From the NCBI GenBank assembly GCA_049512055.1, contig JBEKXK010000004.1:5065-69064 (forward strand): 64,000 nt of DNA. The letters run 5' to 3'. Both the position numbers and the translations under genes were made by a program. Positions 48,786-57,777 of this stretch are shown in pieces. The DNA comes from Syntrophales bacterium. GTDB taxonomy: Bacteria; Desulfobacterota; Syntrophia; Syntrophales; UBA2185. The notes beneath the pieces were generated by a model. It ran no database searches, had not been told where the DNA came from, and worked only from the letters and a program-made list of their open reading frames with translations. Within the stretch, counting starts at the first letter, position 1. The number at the start of each line of letters is the position of its first letter.

Positions 48786-50150
48786 TTAGAAGGTGAGGGT
48801 CAGTTTTTGAGTTATGAGATAGTCGTTGTCGATAGAGTATGATGAAACGGAGCCCTTCCAGTAGTCACCCGCCCACAGGTAGCCAAAGCCGACCATGTAG
48901 GTGAGGTTGTCATAGATCTTGTAGGTTGCCGTCACGTCAAGCTCACTACCGTAGTTATGGGAAATCTGATTCGCAACTGCGTCCTTGTCCGCAGTGGCAA
49001 TGGCGTAGGCCGCCTTGATATCCAGCTTTGGTAGAGGCTTCACACCAACAAAAATCTGTGCAAATTGGGCATTGGTAATGCCTGCAATCACAGACGTAGG
49101 AAGAGGCCCCATACCACCATTCCACCTGGACAAGTCAAAGTTCCAGAGCATCAGGCAGGGGTTAAAATCGGTCATTCCGGGCCATCCTGAGTTGTCTTTA
49201 TCAGTTGCATTAATATCGGTACCCTCTACGTAGACCAGGTTGATACCGGCATACATGGGTGCGAAATCAACGGTGGCCGAGATATAGGCACTAAGTCCGT
49301 CCTTAGTCTGATCTGTGCCGTTGCTGGCCGTGTCATACTTTTTTGTTTTACCTGTTAGGTAAAACGCTTCACCCTCGATATAGACAGGACCTATCTGGGC
49401 CTTAAAGTAGGGGTCAAAGATCTCCCACAGTCTCTTGTAGCCCGCATCTGTCGCAGGGTTCGGGCTAGTCCCGGCATTTCTGCTATCGACGAGGTGTTTA
49501 TAGAGCAAACCGGCATTCCCCTTGCCCCAGTCGTAGATAAAGGCCAGGACGTACGCATCCTGCTGGTTATCCACCTGGTAGAGGGAGTTGCCTATGTTGC
49601 CGGCAGGACCGGCAGAGCTATAGTACTGAGTGGCTTCTGTCTTGTCATAGAGAGCGATAAGTGTCCATGGACCGATAACGTAATCGTACCTGACCCTGGG
49701 GCCATAGGCGTAGTCGCCGTAGTCACCGAATGTGGTGCCGAACTGACCTTGCCGCTGGTAACCGGCTCTGAAGAGGCCTCCAAAGAGATTAGCGCTCACA
49801 TACACCTGGTTGAAATGGATATTTTCATCTTCATCATTATTCGGTAAGTTGAAGATGTTAGAGACATTCGCGGGGGTAACTGTAGAACTCCTTGAAGCGC
49901 CCCATATCTTATCCATAATGTCGGCCTGGACCGTCAGCGACAGGCCTTCCTGGACCTTGAAGTCTGTCTGCAGCCTCAGTCTCTGCCATGTATTCATCAG
50001 GGACGCTCCCTGATCCACCAGAGCACGGTTGTTTTCATAGTAACCCTGGATGACGTAAGACCCGCTGAACTTCACATCCGTCGCACATACGGGCATTGTG
50101 AAGGCCATGATCAGGGCAACTGATAGTAAAACTATCCAAAGCTTCTTCAT
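48786..50150 (-). CDS. outer-membrane beta-barrel porin-like protein
   Basis: Signal peptide MKKLWIVLLSVALIMAFTMPVCA, alternating Tyr/Gly-rich amphipathic strands and a C-terminal ...LTLTF. The start is trimmed to the ATG at 50150 after AGGAGGAAACA. Confidence 0.65.
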   Translation of the reverse strand: MKKLWIVLLSVALIMAFTMPVCATDVKFSGSYVIQGYYENNRALVDQGASLMNTWQRLRLQTDFKVQEGLSLTVQADIMDKIWGASRSSTVTPANVSNIFNLPNNDEDENIHFNQVYVSANLFGGLFRAGYQRQGQFGTTFGDYGDYAYGPRVRYDYVIGPWTLIALYDKTEATQYYSSAGPAGNIGNSLYQVDNQQDAYVLAFIYDWGKGNAGLLYKHLVDSRNAGTSPNPATDAGYKRLWEIFDPYFKAQIGPVYIEGEAFYLTGKTKKYDTASNGTDQTKDGLSAYISATVDFAPMYAGINLVYVEGTDINATDKDNSGWPGMTDFNPCLMLWNFDLSRWNGGMGPLPTSVIAGITNAQFAQIFVGVKPLPKLDIKAAYAIATADKDAVANQISHNYGSELDVTATYKIYDNLTYMVGFGYLWAGDYWKGSVSSYSIDNDYLITQKLTLTF

Positions 50151-50748
50151 TGTTTCCTCCTGTTTTCGTTTTTTAAATTGATCTTTCCGGGCATGTTCCT
50201 GAAAGACCATTCTCATTAGAACCACTTTTAAAACTTCGGCCTCCAGAATTACCTAAAGGCCGCTTAAACCCCTTCTTCACCTCCTTTCATAGAGATTTAC
50301 GGCGAAAATATGTACCACCGTCAATATTCGTTGTCAAGCCTTTTTCGCCGCTGTTTTACAAAAGGGCCTCGCAAAGAGCCGCCCTTCTTTTTGCTTATTC
50401 GACCAGCAATAACCGTACCACGGCTGTGCATCAGGAATACCATAAAAGAATGGGCAACGGTAACATATTGTAAATAAGGGAGCTAATGCCTGATAATGAT
50501 TGCTGGCGAAGAAAAAAAATAAGGCACCTACAATAGCCCTAAAAATCAACAATGAATATCATTGCACACGGAAATAATCCTGGAGACACGAGGCTAAGCT
50601 GAGGGGTAATCTTACAATATTGTCTCCTATCAAATACTTACAGGATTTATGAATTCACTAGAACCGATAAATGGGAAATCTTTCAAACCGTAACATACGC
50701 TCCACATGTGTAGCAAAAAAAACACACTCAAGCAGGCAGCGGGATTTT

Positions 50749-51729
50749 TTACAACAGGGATTGATGATCTTTTACCATATCTGTATCCATTTTAATGTTG
50801 CGCCCCTGCGTTGTCAGATAGTTGCCGATCATCAGGCCATTTGCACCAGCGAGCATGGCCCATGATTGATAATCTCTGAGAGTCACTTCTCTCCCACCGC
50901 AGATGAGAATATTCTTGTCAGGATTGACGAATCTGAAAACGGCTATGCACTTCAATGCCTCCAAGGGCTTGAGCAAGGGTCTCTTTTCCATTCCGGTGCC
51001 CGCAATGGGATTGAGAAAATTTATCGGTATACCGTCAACGTCGAGTTCCTTCAGAGTAAAGGCTAATTCCGCGCGCTGCTCCCAGGTTTCACCCAGTCCC
51101 AAAATGCCTCCTGAACAAACCTTCATCCCTGCCGCCTTGGCAAGCTTAACTGTAATGATGTCCTCTTCGTAGTCATGGGTCGTGCATACCTTATCGAAGA
51201 AACTCCGTGCTGTTTCCAGATTATGATGGTAAACGACAATCCCCCCTTCCGCGAGCCTGCGTGCTTTGGCCTCATTGAGCATTCCCAGGGAGGCGCAGAG
51301 AGTGAGGTCCGTCTTTCCGGCAATGGCAGCCGCGCTACGGCAGATGATGTCCAGTTCCTCGTCTGTCAGCATATAGCCGCTTGTTACCATGGAATATCTT
51401 GTGGCCCCTCCCCTCTCTAACTCAATTGCGCTTTTCACAATTTCCTCTTCATCCAATAAGGGATACGTCATGATCTCCGTTTTATGATGGGACGATTGGG
51501 CGCAGAAAGCGCAATCTTCGGAGCAAAAACCCGATTTGGCATTGATGATGGAACACAGAATAGTTTCTTTTACCTCTCGCATCTTTTTGATCTTGTGAGC
51601 ACAGAATAGTAAGTCCATGGTATCCTTTTCCGGAAGATGAACAAGTTCACAGGCATCTTCGTAAGAAACGGCATCACCGCCATCGTTTATAATTTTTTCA
51701 GTGAGCTCGATAATTTTCTTATTGAACAT
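50749..51729 (-). CDS. bioB: biotin synthase
   Basis: Radical-SAM CSEDCAFCAQS plus biotin synthase C-terminal motifs. The start is trimmed to MFNKKIIELTEK (ATG at 51729). Confidence 0.93.
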   Translation of the reverse strand: MFNKKIIELTEKIINDGGDAVSYEDACELVHLPEKDTMDLLFCAHKIKKMREVKETILCSIINAKSGFCSEDCAFCAQSSHHKTEIMTYPLLDEEEIVKSAIELERGGATRYSMVTSGYMLTDEELDIICRSAAAIAGKTDLTLCASLGMLNEAKARRLAEGGIVVYHHNLETARSFFDKVCTTHDYEEDIITVKLAKAAGMKVCSGGILGLGETWEQRAELAFTLKELDVDGIPINFLNPIAGTGMEKRPLLKPLEALKCIAVFRFVNPDKNILICGGREVTLRDYQSWAMLAGANGLMIGNYLTTQGRNIKMDTDMVKDHQSLL

Positions 51730-51827
51730 ATTCTTCTCCTTTTTTGCGGGATGTCCATTTCTCGGGAAATAATCTGCCTCTTGGCGGTAAGAAAGAGTAT
51801 TTGCCCATATCAGAGGGCGGAACATAA

Positions 51828-51855
51828 GTCAACCTTATTTATATTTTGGGTTGAC
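51828..51855. promoter_or_regulatory. BirA operator (bioO) in the bioB / birA-bioA divergent region
   Basis: Perfect inverted repeat GTCAACC (51828-51834), a 14-nt AT-rich spacer, and GGTTGAC (51849-51855). This matches the TGTWAACC-N14/15-GGTTWACA class of BirA sites. Each half-site overlaps an outward-facing TTGAC(A/T) hexamer. Confidence 0.7.
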
Positions 51856-51885
51856 AATCAATTACGAGGATGTTATGAGCCGCGC

Positions 51886-52872
51886 ATGTCCACAAAGCAG
51901 CAGTTACTCATATATTTGAAAGATGGTAGGGGAACCTGGGTCTCCGGCGAATTCCTCGCCCATAAAATGGCGGTTTCCCGGTCGGCTGTATGGAAACATA
52001 TCGGCACTTTAAAGGAAGATGGTTATGTGATCGAATCGTCGCGAAAAAAAGGGTATCTCCTTCGCCAGACATCCGATTTACTTCTTGCAGATGAAATCCG
52101 AGAAGGGCTGAACACGAATGTTTTCGGTAAGGGACAGATTATTTATTTCAGGGAAACGGACTCAACTAATGTGAGGGCTAAGTATCTGGCAGGCGACGGC
52201 GCTCCTGAGGGAACGGTGGTTGTTGCGGAGAAGCAGACACAGGGACGAGGAAGAAGGGGAAGAAGCTGGTTTTCTCCCCCTGGTGAGGGCATCTACACCT
52301 CTATCATCCTAAGGCCACCCATTCCTCCAAATGAGGCGCCTAAGCTGACTTTATTGGCATCGGTGGCGGTAGCTGAGGCTTTGCTTTCTCTTACATCATT
52401 AAAGGTCAACATTAAATGGCCCAACGACATACTGATCAAAGGCAGGAAGGTCGCAGGCATTCTCACGGAAATCAGCACGGAAATGGACAGAATCGATTAT
52501 GTGGTCATAGGTGTTGGTGTAAATGTGAATACGCCGCGAAAAGGCCTTCCTCCTGATGTCGCACACACGGCAACATCTGTTTTCATGGAGGCAGGCAGGG
52601 CATTCCCCAGGATCGCCCTCCTTCGCGCCTATCTGGAGTGGCTCGAAATATATTACGAAACATTCAAGACGAAGGGTTTTGATCCAATATTGAATCGGTG
52701 GAAGCATCTTGCTGACATAATCGGGAGGCGGATAAGTGTTGACCTCATGGGCAGTGTACGCATGGGTAAGGTCTTGGATGTAGACAAAGACGGTTCTCTG
52801 ATCCTCCAGGATCGCAAGGGGACGATTGAGAGGATAATTTCCGGGGACGTAACTTTGTTATCTCAGGAGTAG
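51886..52872 (+). CDS. birA: bifunctional biotin-protein ligase / biotin operon repressor
   Basis: N-terminal winged HTH (GEFLAHKMAVSRSAVWKHIGTLKEDGYVI) and a ligase core (QTQGRGRRGRSW; KWPNDI). The start is trimmed to the ATG at 51886. Confidence 0.9.
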   Translation: MSTKQQLLIYLKDGRGTWVSGEFLAHKMAVSRSAVWKHIGTLKEDGYVIESSRKKGYLLRQTSDLLLADEIREGLNTNVFGKGQIIYFRETDSTNVRAKYLAGDGAPEGTVVVAEKQTQGRGRRGRSWFSPPGEGIYTSIILRPPIPPNEAPKLTLLASVAVAEALLSLTSLKVNIKWPNDILIKGRKVAGILTEISTEMDRIDYVVIGVGVNVNTPRKGLPPDVAHTATSVFMEAGRAFPRIALLRAYLEWLEIYYETFKTKGFDPILNRWKHLADIIGRRISVDLMGSVRMGKVLDVDKDGSLILQDRKGTIERIISGDVTLLSQE

Positions 52873-52996
52873 AGAATTGTGCAGATTTCACGTCTCTAAG
52901 ACCAACTGCCTTTCAACCCCGCTGCTGTTTCGACCGGAGGAACTGTAACATAATTGGCGTGACGCAGCAGAATTGAACGAGTGAGGTTTAGATATC

Positions 52997-54364
52997 ATGA
53001 CCGGCAAAGACAGAAAAGAACTGGAGATCGCTGATAAAAAGTATATTTGGCATCCCTTTACCCAGATGCGGGGTTATGAAAAGGAAACGCCGCTCATCAT
53101 TGAGGAAGCGGAAGGGTGCCTGTTAAGAGATATGGAGGGTAACAGTTATATTGATGGTGTTTCTTCACTCTGGACCAATGTTCACGGCCACAGGAAGAAG
53201 AGACTTGACGATGCCCTGAAAGAGCAGCTTGGCAAGATTGCCCACTCGACCCTGCTGGGACTTTCCAATACACCGGCAATCAGACTGGCGAAGAAATTAA
53301 TCGCAATTGCCCCGGCGGGATTGACGAAGGTATTTTATTCCGACAATGGTTCCACAGCCAATGAAATAGCGCTTAAGATGGCCTTCCAGTACCATCAGCA
53401 ATGCCCTTCGGGAAAGCACAGCAAGAAGAAATTCATTCGCCTGTCCAATGCCTATCATGGAGATACGATAGGCTCCGTGAGTGTGGGAGGGATTGATCTG
53501 TTCCATTCCATGTACAGGGACCTGCTCTTCCCGTCTTTCAAGGCGGAAGCACCCTACTGTTACCGCTGCGCATTCGGAAAGTCCCATCCCGCCTGCGGGC
53601 TCGCATGCCTGGCGCACGTGGAGGACATCATGAAGGCCCATAACCATGAGATTGCCGCGCTCATGATAGAGCCCTTGGTCCAGGGAGCCGGCGGGATATT
53701 GGTGCAGCCACCAGGATACCTGAAAAGGGTAAGAGAATTATGCACGCGCTACAACATCTTCATGATCGCCGATGAGGTGGCGGTCGGCTTCGGCAAGACG
53801 GGAAAAATGTTTGCCTGTGAACATGAAGGGGTGGTGCCGGACATCATGGCCCTGGCAAAGGGAATAACGGGAGGGTATCTCCCGCTTGCAGCAACCCTCG
53901 TGACGGAGGAAATCTATGAAGGATTTCTCGGGGAGTTCGAGGAGTTCAAAACATTCTTTCATGGACACACTTTTACGGGAAACCCCCTGGCATGCGCGGT
54001 TGCCATCGCCAACCTTAAGGTCTTCGAAGAGGAGCGCACCCTCGACAAACTCAAAGCAAAAATTGCGCACCTCGCAGAGAGGCTAAAACCATTTGCCTCT
54101 CTCAGTCACGTCGGAGAGGTGCGCCAGTGCGGCATCATGGTGGGTATAGAGCTCGTTTACAATCGAAATACAAAGCAGCCCTTTCCCCCGGAGAAGAGAA
54201 CAGGTCATCGGGTCATTATGGAGGCAAGAAAGAGAGGCGTGATTATCCGCCCTTTAGGGGATGTCATTGTACTGATGCCGCCCTTGAGCATTTCTAAAAA
54301 GGAAATAGATCTTCTCTGTCAGACTGTCTACGATTCGATTCAAATCGTCACAGAAAGAAAGTGA
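52997..54364 (+). CDS. bioA: adenosylmethionine-8-amino-7-oxononanoate aminotransferase
   Basis: 455 aa class-III aminotransferase with [25 protein letters not shown] and the PLP lysine context [12 protein letters not shown]. Confidence 0.93.
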   Translation: MTGKDRKELEIADKKYIWHPFTQMRGYEKETPLIIEEAEGCLLRDMEGNSYIDGVSSLWTNVHGHRKKRLDDALKEQLGKIAHSTLLGLSNTPAIRLAKKLIAIAPAGLTKVFYSDNGSTANEIALKMAFQYHQQCPSGKHSKKKFIRLSNAYHGDTIGSVSVGGIDLFHSMYRDLLFPSFKAEAPYCYRCAFGKSHPACGLACLAHVEDIMKAHNHEIAALMIEPLVQGAGGILVQPPGYLKRVRELCTRYNIFMIADEVAVGFGKTGKMFACEHEGVVPDIMALAKGITGGYLPLAATLVTEEIYEGFLGEFEEFKTFFHGHTFTGNPLACAVAIANLKVFEEERTLDKLKAKIAHLAERLKPFASLSHVGEVRQCGIMVGIELVYNRNTKQPFPPEKRTGHRVIMEARKRGVIIRPLGDVIVLMPPLSISKKEIDLLCQTVYDSIQIVTERK

Positions 54365-54373
54365 GGTCTCGAA

Positions 54374-54700
54374 ATGGCCGGTGATGAAGAAGCATCAGAG
54401 AGAAGCCCCGGCAATGGCCCCTGGGAGGGCGTATTTTATTTTCATCCGGATGACGGCATTTACCAGGATCATTTCCCCGGGTACCCGGTTGTCCCCGGAA
54501 GCCTGATAGTGCGTGCATTTTTGGAAGCGGCAACAGACGCCGGCTTCTTGCCGGATTATCTTGCAATAGAAAACTTCAGGTTCAGAGAATTTCTCTCACC
54601 CGGCCATTACGCATTTCGTATCGAACTGGCGGAGGACCGGCTGAAATGCCAGATTTATCGGGGAGAGAAGAAACTCGTTACGGGAGTCTTGAAAAGATGA
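54374..54700 (+). CDS. short FabZ/FabA-like hotdog-fold dehydratase homologue
   Basis: 108 aa. DHFPGYPVVPGSLIVRAFLEAA matches the FabZ HFPxxPVxPG...EAxAQ catalytic region, with the His and Glu positions retained. It lacks the usual N-terminal strand. Confidence 0.65.
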   Translation: MAGDEEASERSPGNGPWEGVFYFHPDDGIYQDHFPGYPVVPGSLIVRAFLEAATDAGFLPDYLAIENFRFREFLSPGHYAFRIELAEDRLKCQIYRGEKKLVTGVLKR

Positions 54701-55440
54701 GCCGCCATTTTTCGGGAAATCGTGCCCTCGTTCTGGGTGGCACGTGCGAGCTTGCTCTTGCTTTGGCTCACTCCATGATAGGGTCTGATCTTTTTCCCAT
54801 TCTTACTTACAGAGACGATAAGGGTCTAAACGCAATAAGAGAGTCTCTGCGGCCCTTTCACGGGAGATACGAGACTTGCTATCTGAATTTCGGTGATCAT
54901 GCTTCGCTGGATTCCATCTTCACCCAAATCGGCGATGACCTCCATTTCCTGGTAGATTTTGCCCAGGGAAATTATGAGAGTTTTGTCGCCGGAGCAGACG
55001 AGGACAGCGTTTACAATTATTTCATGGAAAACATTTCTTTTCGCGCCGCTATTCTGAAAAGGGCTGGAAGGGCGATGCTGAAGAAAAGAAGGGGGCGACT
55101 CGTTTTTATTTCTTCTGCAGCCGCGGCAAGACCCAATCCCGGCCAGGGATTTTATGCAGCCGCCAAGCTGGCTTCGGAGGCCCTCTATCGCAACATGGGA
55201 TTGGAGTTGGGAGAACGTGGTGTGACTACGGTGATTCTTCGTCCCGGTTATATCGAGGCCGGGCGGGGCAGAATTTATCTGCAAGGGCAGGATCGAAAAA
55301 TTCTTGAGATGGTGCCGATAAGAAGGGCTATTACAGGCGAAGAAATTTCCCAGACGATTCTCTTCCTTCTTTCCGACGGCGCCTCCGCCATCAACGCGAC
55401 GGAGATCTCCATGGACGGAGGTCTCACATCCGGAAAATAA
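54697..55440 (+). CDS. short-chain dehydrogenase/reductase (FabG-like ketoreductase homologue)
   Basis: Rossmann N-terminus ALVLGGTCELALAL, FISSAAA and the YAAAK (YxxxK) catalytic motif. ATGA overlap with the preceding gene. Confidence 0.8.
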   Translation: MSRHFSGNRALVLGGTCELALALAHSMIGSDLFPILTYRDDKGLNAIRESLRPFHGRYETCYLNFGDHASLDSIFTQIGDDLHFLVDFAQGNYESFVAGADEDSVYNYFMENISFRAAILKRAGRAMLKKRRGRLVFISSAAAARPNPGQGFYAAAKLASEALYRNMGLELGERGVTTVILRPGYIEAGRGRIYLQGQDRKILEMVPIRRAITGEEISQTILFLLSDGASAINATEISMDGGLTSGK

Positions 55441-55508
55441 GAGGCCGTCAAACTCTCAAGCGAAATGGAAGAAAGGTCTTGAGTAGCACAGCCGAAAGTG
55501 TAGGACAC

Positions 55509-55880
55509 ATGGATGTTTTTGCTGAATTAAAAAAAATACTGGCAGAACTACTGGACATCGAAGACAGAGAAATTACGCCGGAGACTCTTCTCATCCAGGA
55601 TTTGGGTGCTGAGTCCATTGACCTTCTGGAGCTCGCCGTAACCGTAAACAGCCGGTTTAAGATAGCCGTGAGGGATGATGAGATATTCCTGACACGCTTC
55701 AGACTCTATTCTACAGAAGCGAAGCAGGAGGGAAAGGACACCGTCCACTATATTGCCGGAAAATATCCCTTTCTTGGCGAAGACAGGATAGCAGAAATAA
55801 TGGCGCATATTAAAGAAGGTCCTCAGTTGAAGATAAAAGACCTTATCAGTTATGTGGCATACCGGTCACAGGGGGTTTAA
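55509..55880 (+). CDS. acyl carrier protein-like protein with C-terminal extension
   Basis: DLGAESIDLLEL resembles the ACP DLGxDSLD phosphopantetheine site. It has about 45 residues beyond a normal ACP. An alternative TTG start lies at 55479. Confidence 0.75.
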   Translation: MDVFAELKKILAELLDIEDREITPETLLIQDLGAESIDLLELAVTVNSRFKIAVRDDEIFLTRFRLYSTEAKQEGKDTVHYIAGKYPFLGEDRIAEIMAHIKEGPQLKIKDLISYVAYRSQGV

Positions 55881-55884
55881 CGCC

Positions 55885-56523
55885 TTGGACATAACGCCTC
55901 TGGATAAACTGATCAATCAGCGGAGGAGCATCAGGAAGTACAAACGCGAATGCCCTCCCGAAGAATGGGTAAGAAAGATGATCCTGGCAGCCATGAGGGC
56001 GCCTTCTCCCTCAAACAGCCAACCCGTGCGGTTTATCCGCATCCTGTCTCCTGAGCTTAAGGACCATCTGCTTCAGGCCATGCGCGAAGGTGAAGAACGT
56101 TTGCTGGAGGCAGTTAAGAATGCGAGCAGTTCAAAAAGATTGAGAAACTGGATTAATGCCTATCGCCGGTTCTCGGAGTTCATGTTCGATGCGCCGGTAC
56201 TTCTTGCCGTCAGCACCACTACGACATTTCTCAATCTCGCAGAAAGGCTGTTCCGCGCCAGCGCGATGGAACAAGGACAGAAGAAACACCGGGACATTGA
56301 CATTGCCGTTGGTCTGGCTCTTAAGGGATATCTCCTGAAGGGGGAGGAGCTTGGCCTCGGTTCTTGTATTCTCACAGCCCCCCTGCTCTTTATCCAGGAA
56401 CCCGAGGGAATACTTGGCTTGAAAGGGATGGAGATCAAATGCTTTGTTACAACAGGGTATCCCGATGAAGAACCGGCTTATATCAAGCAAAAAGATATCA
56501 CAGAAATCTTCAGGGAAATTTAG
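55885..56523 (+). CDS. nitroreductase-family flavoprotein
   Basis: RRSIRKYK and APSPSNSQPVRF are FMN-nitroreductase signatures. The proposed start is TTG at 55885 after AGGGGG; the ORF-track ATG at 55852 would overlap the ACP gene by 29 nt. Confidence 0.75.
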   Translation: MDITPLDKLINQRRSIRKYKRECPPEEWVRKMILAAMRAPSPSNSQPVRFIRILSPELKDHLLQAMREGEERLLEAVKNASSSKRLRNWINAYRRFSEFMFDAPVLLAVSTTTTFLNLAERLFRASAMEQGQKKHRDIDIAVGLALKGYLLKGEELGLGSCILTAPLLFIQEPEGILGLKGMEIKCFVTTGYPDEEPAYIKQKDITEIFREI

Positions 56524-57738
56524 ATGAAACGAAGGGTCGTTATCACCTCTATGGGGATTCTCTCGTCTCTGGGCCACAACCGCGGGGAGATTATAAAGAG
56601 TTTCAAAGAGGGAAACGTGAATTTCGAAAGGCCCGCATTTGACGACGAAGTCGTTGCCTCCCCCATTGGGGGCTTCAATGTCCGGGCATATACAGGCCCG
56701 TTTAAGGATGGCCGTTATCTAAACCGTGGCTCTCAGTTTGCTGTTGCCTCCGCCATCGCAGCGATAAAGGATTCAGGGTGCAAAAGAGATGATCTGGTGG
56801 AAGCAGGACTCTTTGTCGGTGCCGGTCCGAACCTCAATATCGGCTGCGAGTTCCCGGAGATCAGGAAAGGGGAAATTGACCGGGAGGACCTTCAGGCCTT
56901 GTGGATCCTGAGATTTCTGCCCAACACCGCTGCGTCTGTTATCGCAAAGCTTACAGGTATCCACGGTGAGAACCTCACAGTATGCACTGCCTGTTCAGCT
57001 TCCTTGCAGGCAATCGGAGAGGCGTTTCGCAAAATAAAAACCGGTTATCTTGATCGCGCCCTTGCCGGAGGCAGTGATTCTCGCCTGAGTCCGGGAGGGA
57101 TTCTGGCCTATAAGAAGGCAAAAGTCGTCTATTTAGGCAATAGCGAACCCGCCAAGGCAAGCAGGCCCTTCGATTGCGGGCGGAGCGGCTTTGTCCCCGG
57201 GGAAGGAGGGGCATTTTTTCTTCTGGAGGAATTTGAGAAGGCGAGAGAACGTGGGGCGCAGATATACGGCGAGATATGTGGTTACGGAAGTTCCATGGAC
57301 GCTGCCAACATGACCGCCCCGGAAGGTACCGGGAAATGGGGGAGGCTGGCCGTGCTCTCCGCTTTGCAGGAGGCAGGGATGTCTCCCTCTCAGGTTGATG
57401 TAATTTCCGCACACGGAACAGGAACCCTCCTCAATGATGAAGGAGAAGCCAACCTCATAGACGACATCTACATGGGCTGCAGCCCCCGGGTGATGGCGCT
57501 AAAGTCCTGGATAGGGCACACGGCCTCCGCCTGCGGAGCTATGGAGCTTGCCCTCTCGTTGATATGCATGCAGGAGAGTTATATCCCTGAGATCAGAAAC
57601 CTGAAAGACCCGTGCCGCGGGAAAATCAATTTTGTTCGCGATGGAGGGACTTTTTCATTTGGTACAGGCGTCATTGAGAATTTCGGGTTTGGAGGACAGA
57701 ACGGCGCCCTAATCGTAAGACGGGCTGAAGACGTGTGA
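56524..57738 (+). CDS. beta-ketoacyl-ACP synthase, FabB/FabF (Cys-His-His) type
   Basis: Active-site Cys in VCTACSASLQAIGEA and His residues in SAHGTGT and IGHTASACG. GFGGQN is near the C-terminus. The ATG directly follows the preceding stop (TAGATG). Confidence 0.9.
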   Translation: MKRRVVITSMGILSSLGHNRGEIIKSFKEGNVNFERPAFDDEVVASPIGGFNVRAYTGPFKDGRYLNRGSQFAVASAIAAIKDSGCKRDDLVEAGLFVGAGPNLNIGCEFPEIRKGEIDREDLQALWILRFLPNTAASVIAKLTGIHGENLTVCTACSASLQAIGEAFRKIKTGYLDRALAGGSDSRLSPGGILAYKKAKVVYLGNSEPAKASRPFDCGRSGFVPGEGGAFFLLEEFEKARERGAQIYGEICGYGSSMDAANMTAPEGTGKWGRLAVLSALQEAGMSPSQVDVISAHGTGTLLNDEGEANLIDDIYMGCSPRVMALKSWIGHTASACGAMELALSLICMQESYIPEIRNLKDPCRGKINFVRDGGTFSFGTGVIENFGFGGQNGALIVRRAEDV

Positions 57739-57777
57739 GAGCATTCTTGTTCCTGTGCCCTAGCAGAAGGTTATTTT

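Noticed and set aside
50334-50552. 72-aa minus-strand ORF in the bioB-porin spacer
   Set aside because: It has no RBS, an odd aromatic- and Cys-rich composition, and no motif.
3477-51825. N-terminal extensions in the ORF track for nrnA (3477), M16 peptidase (8135), ftsB (11594), pilW (23071), fimT-like (24018), dsbC-like (24913), rpsU (29703), TMTC paralogue 3 (46894), porin (50225), bioB (51825) and birA (51637)
   Set aside because: In each case an internal start gives a canonical family N-terminus, signal peptide or prepilin leader. It also gives a better RBS and removes a long overlap with the upstream gene. The trimmed coordinates are reported in the feature list.
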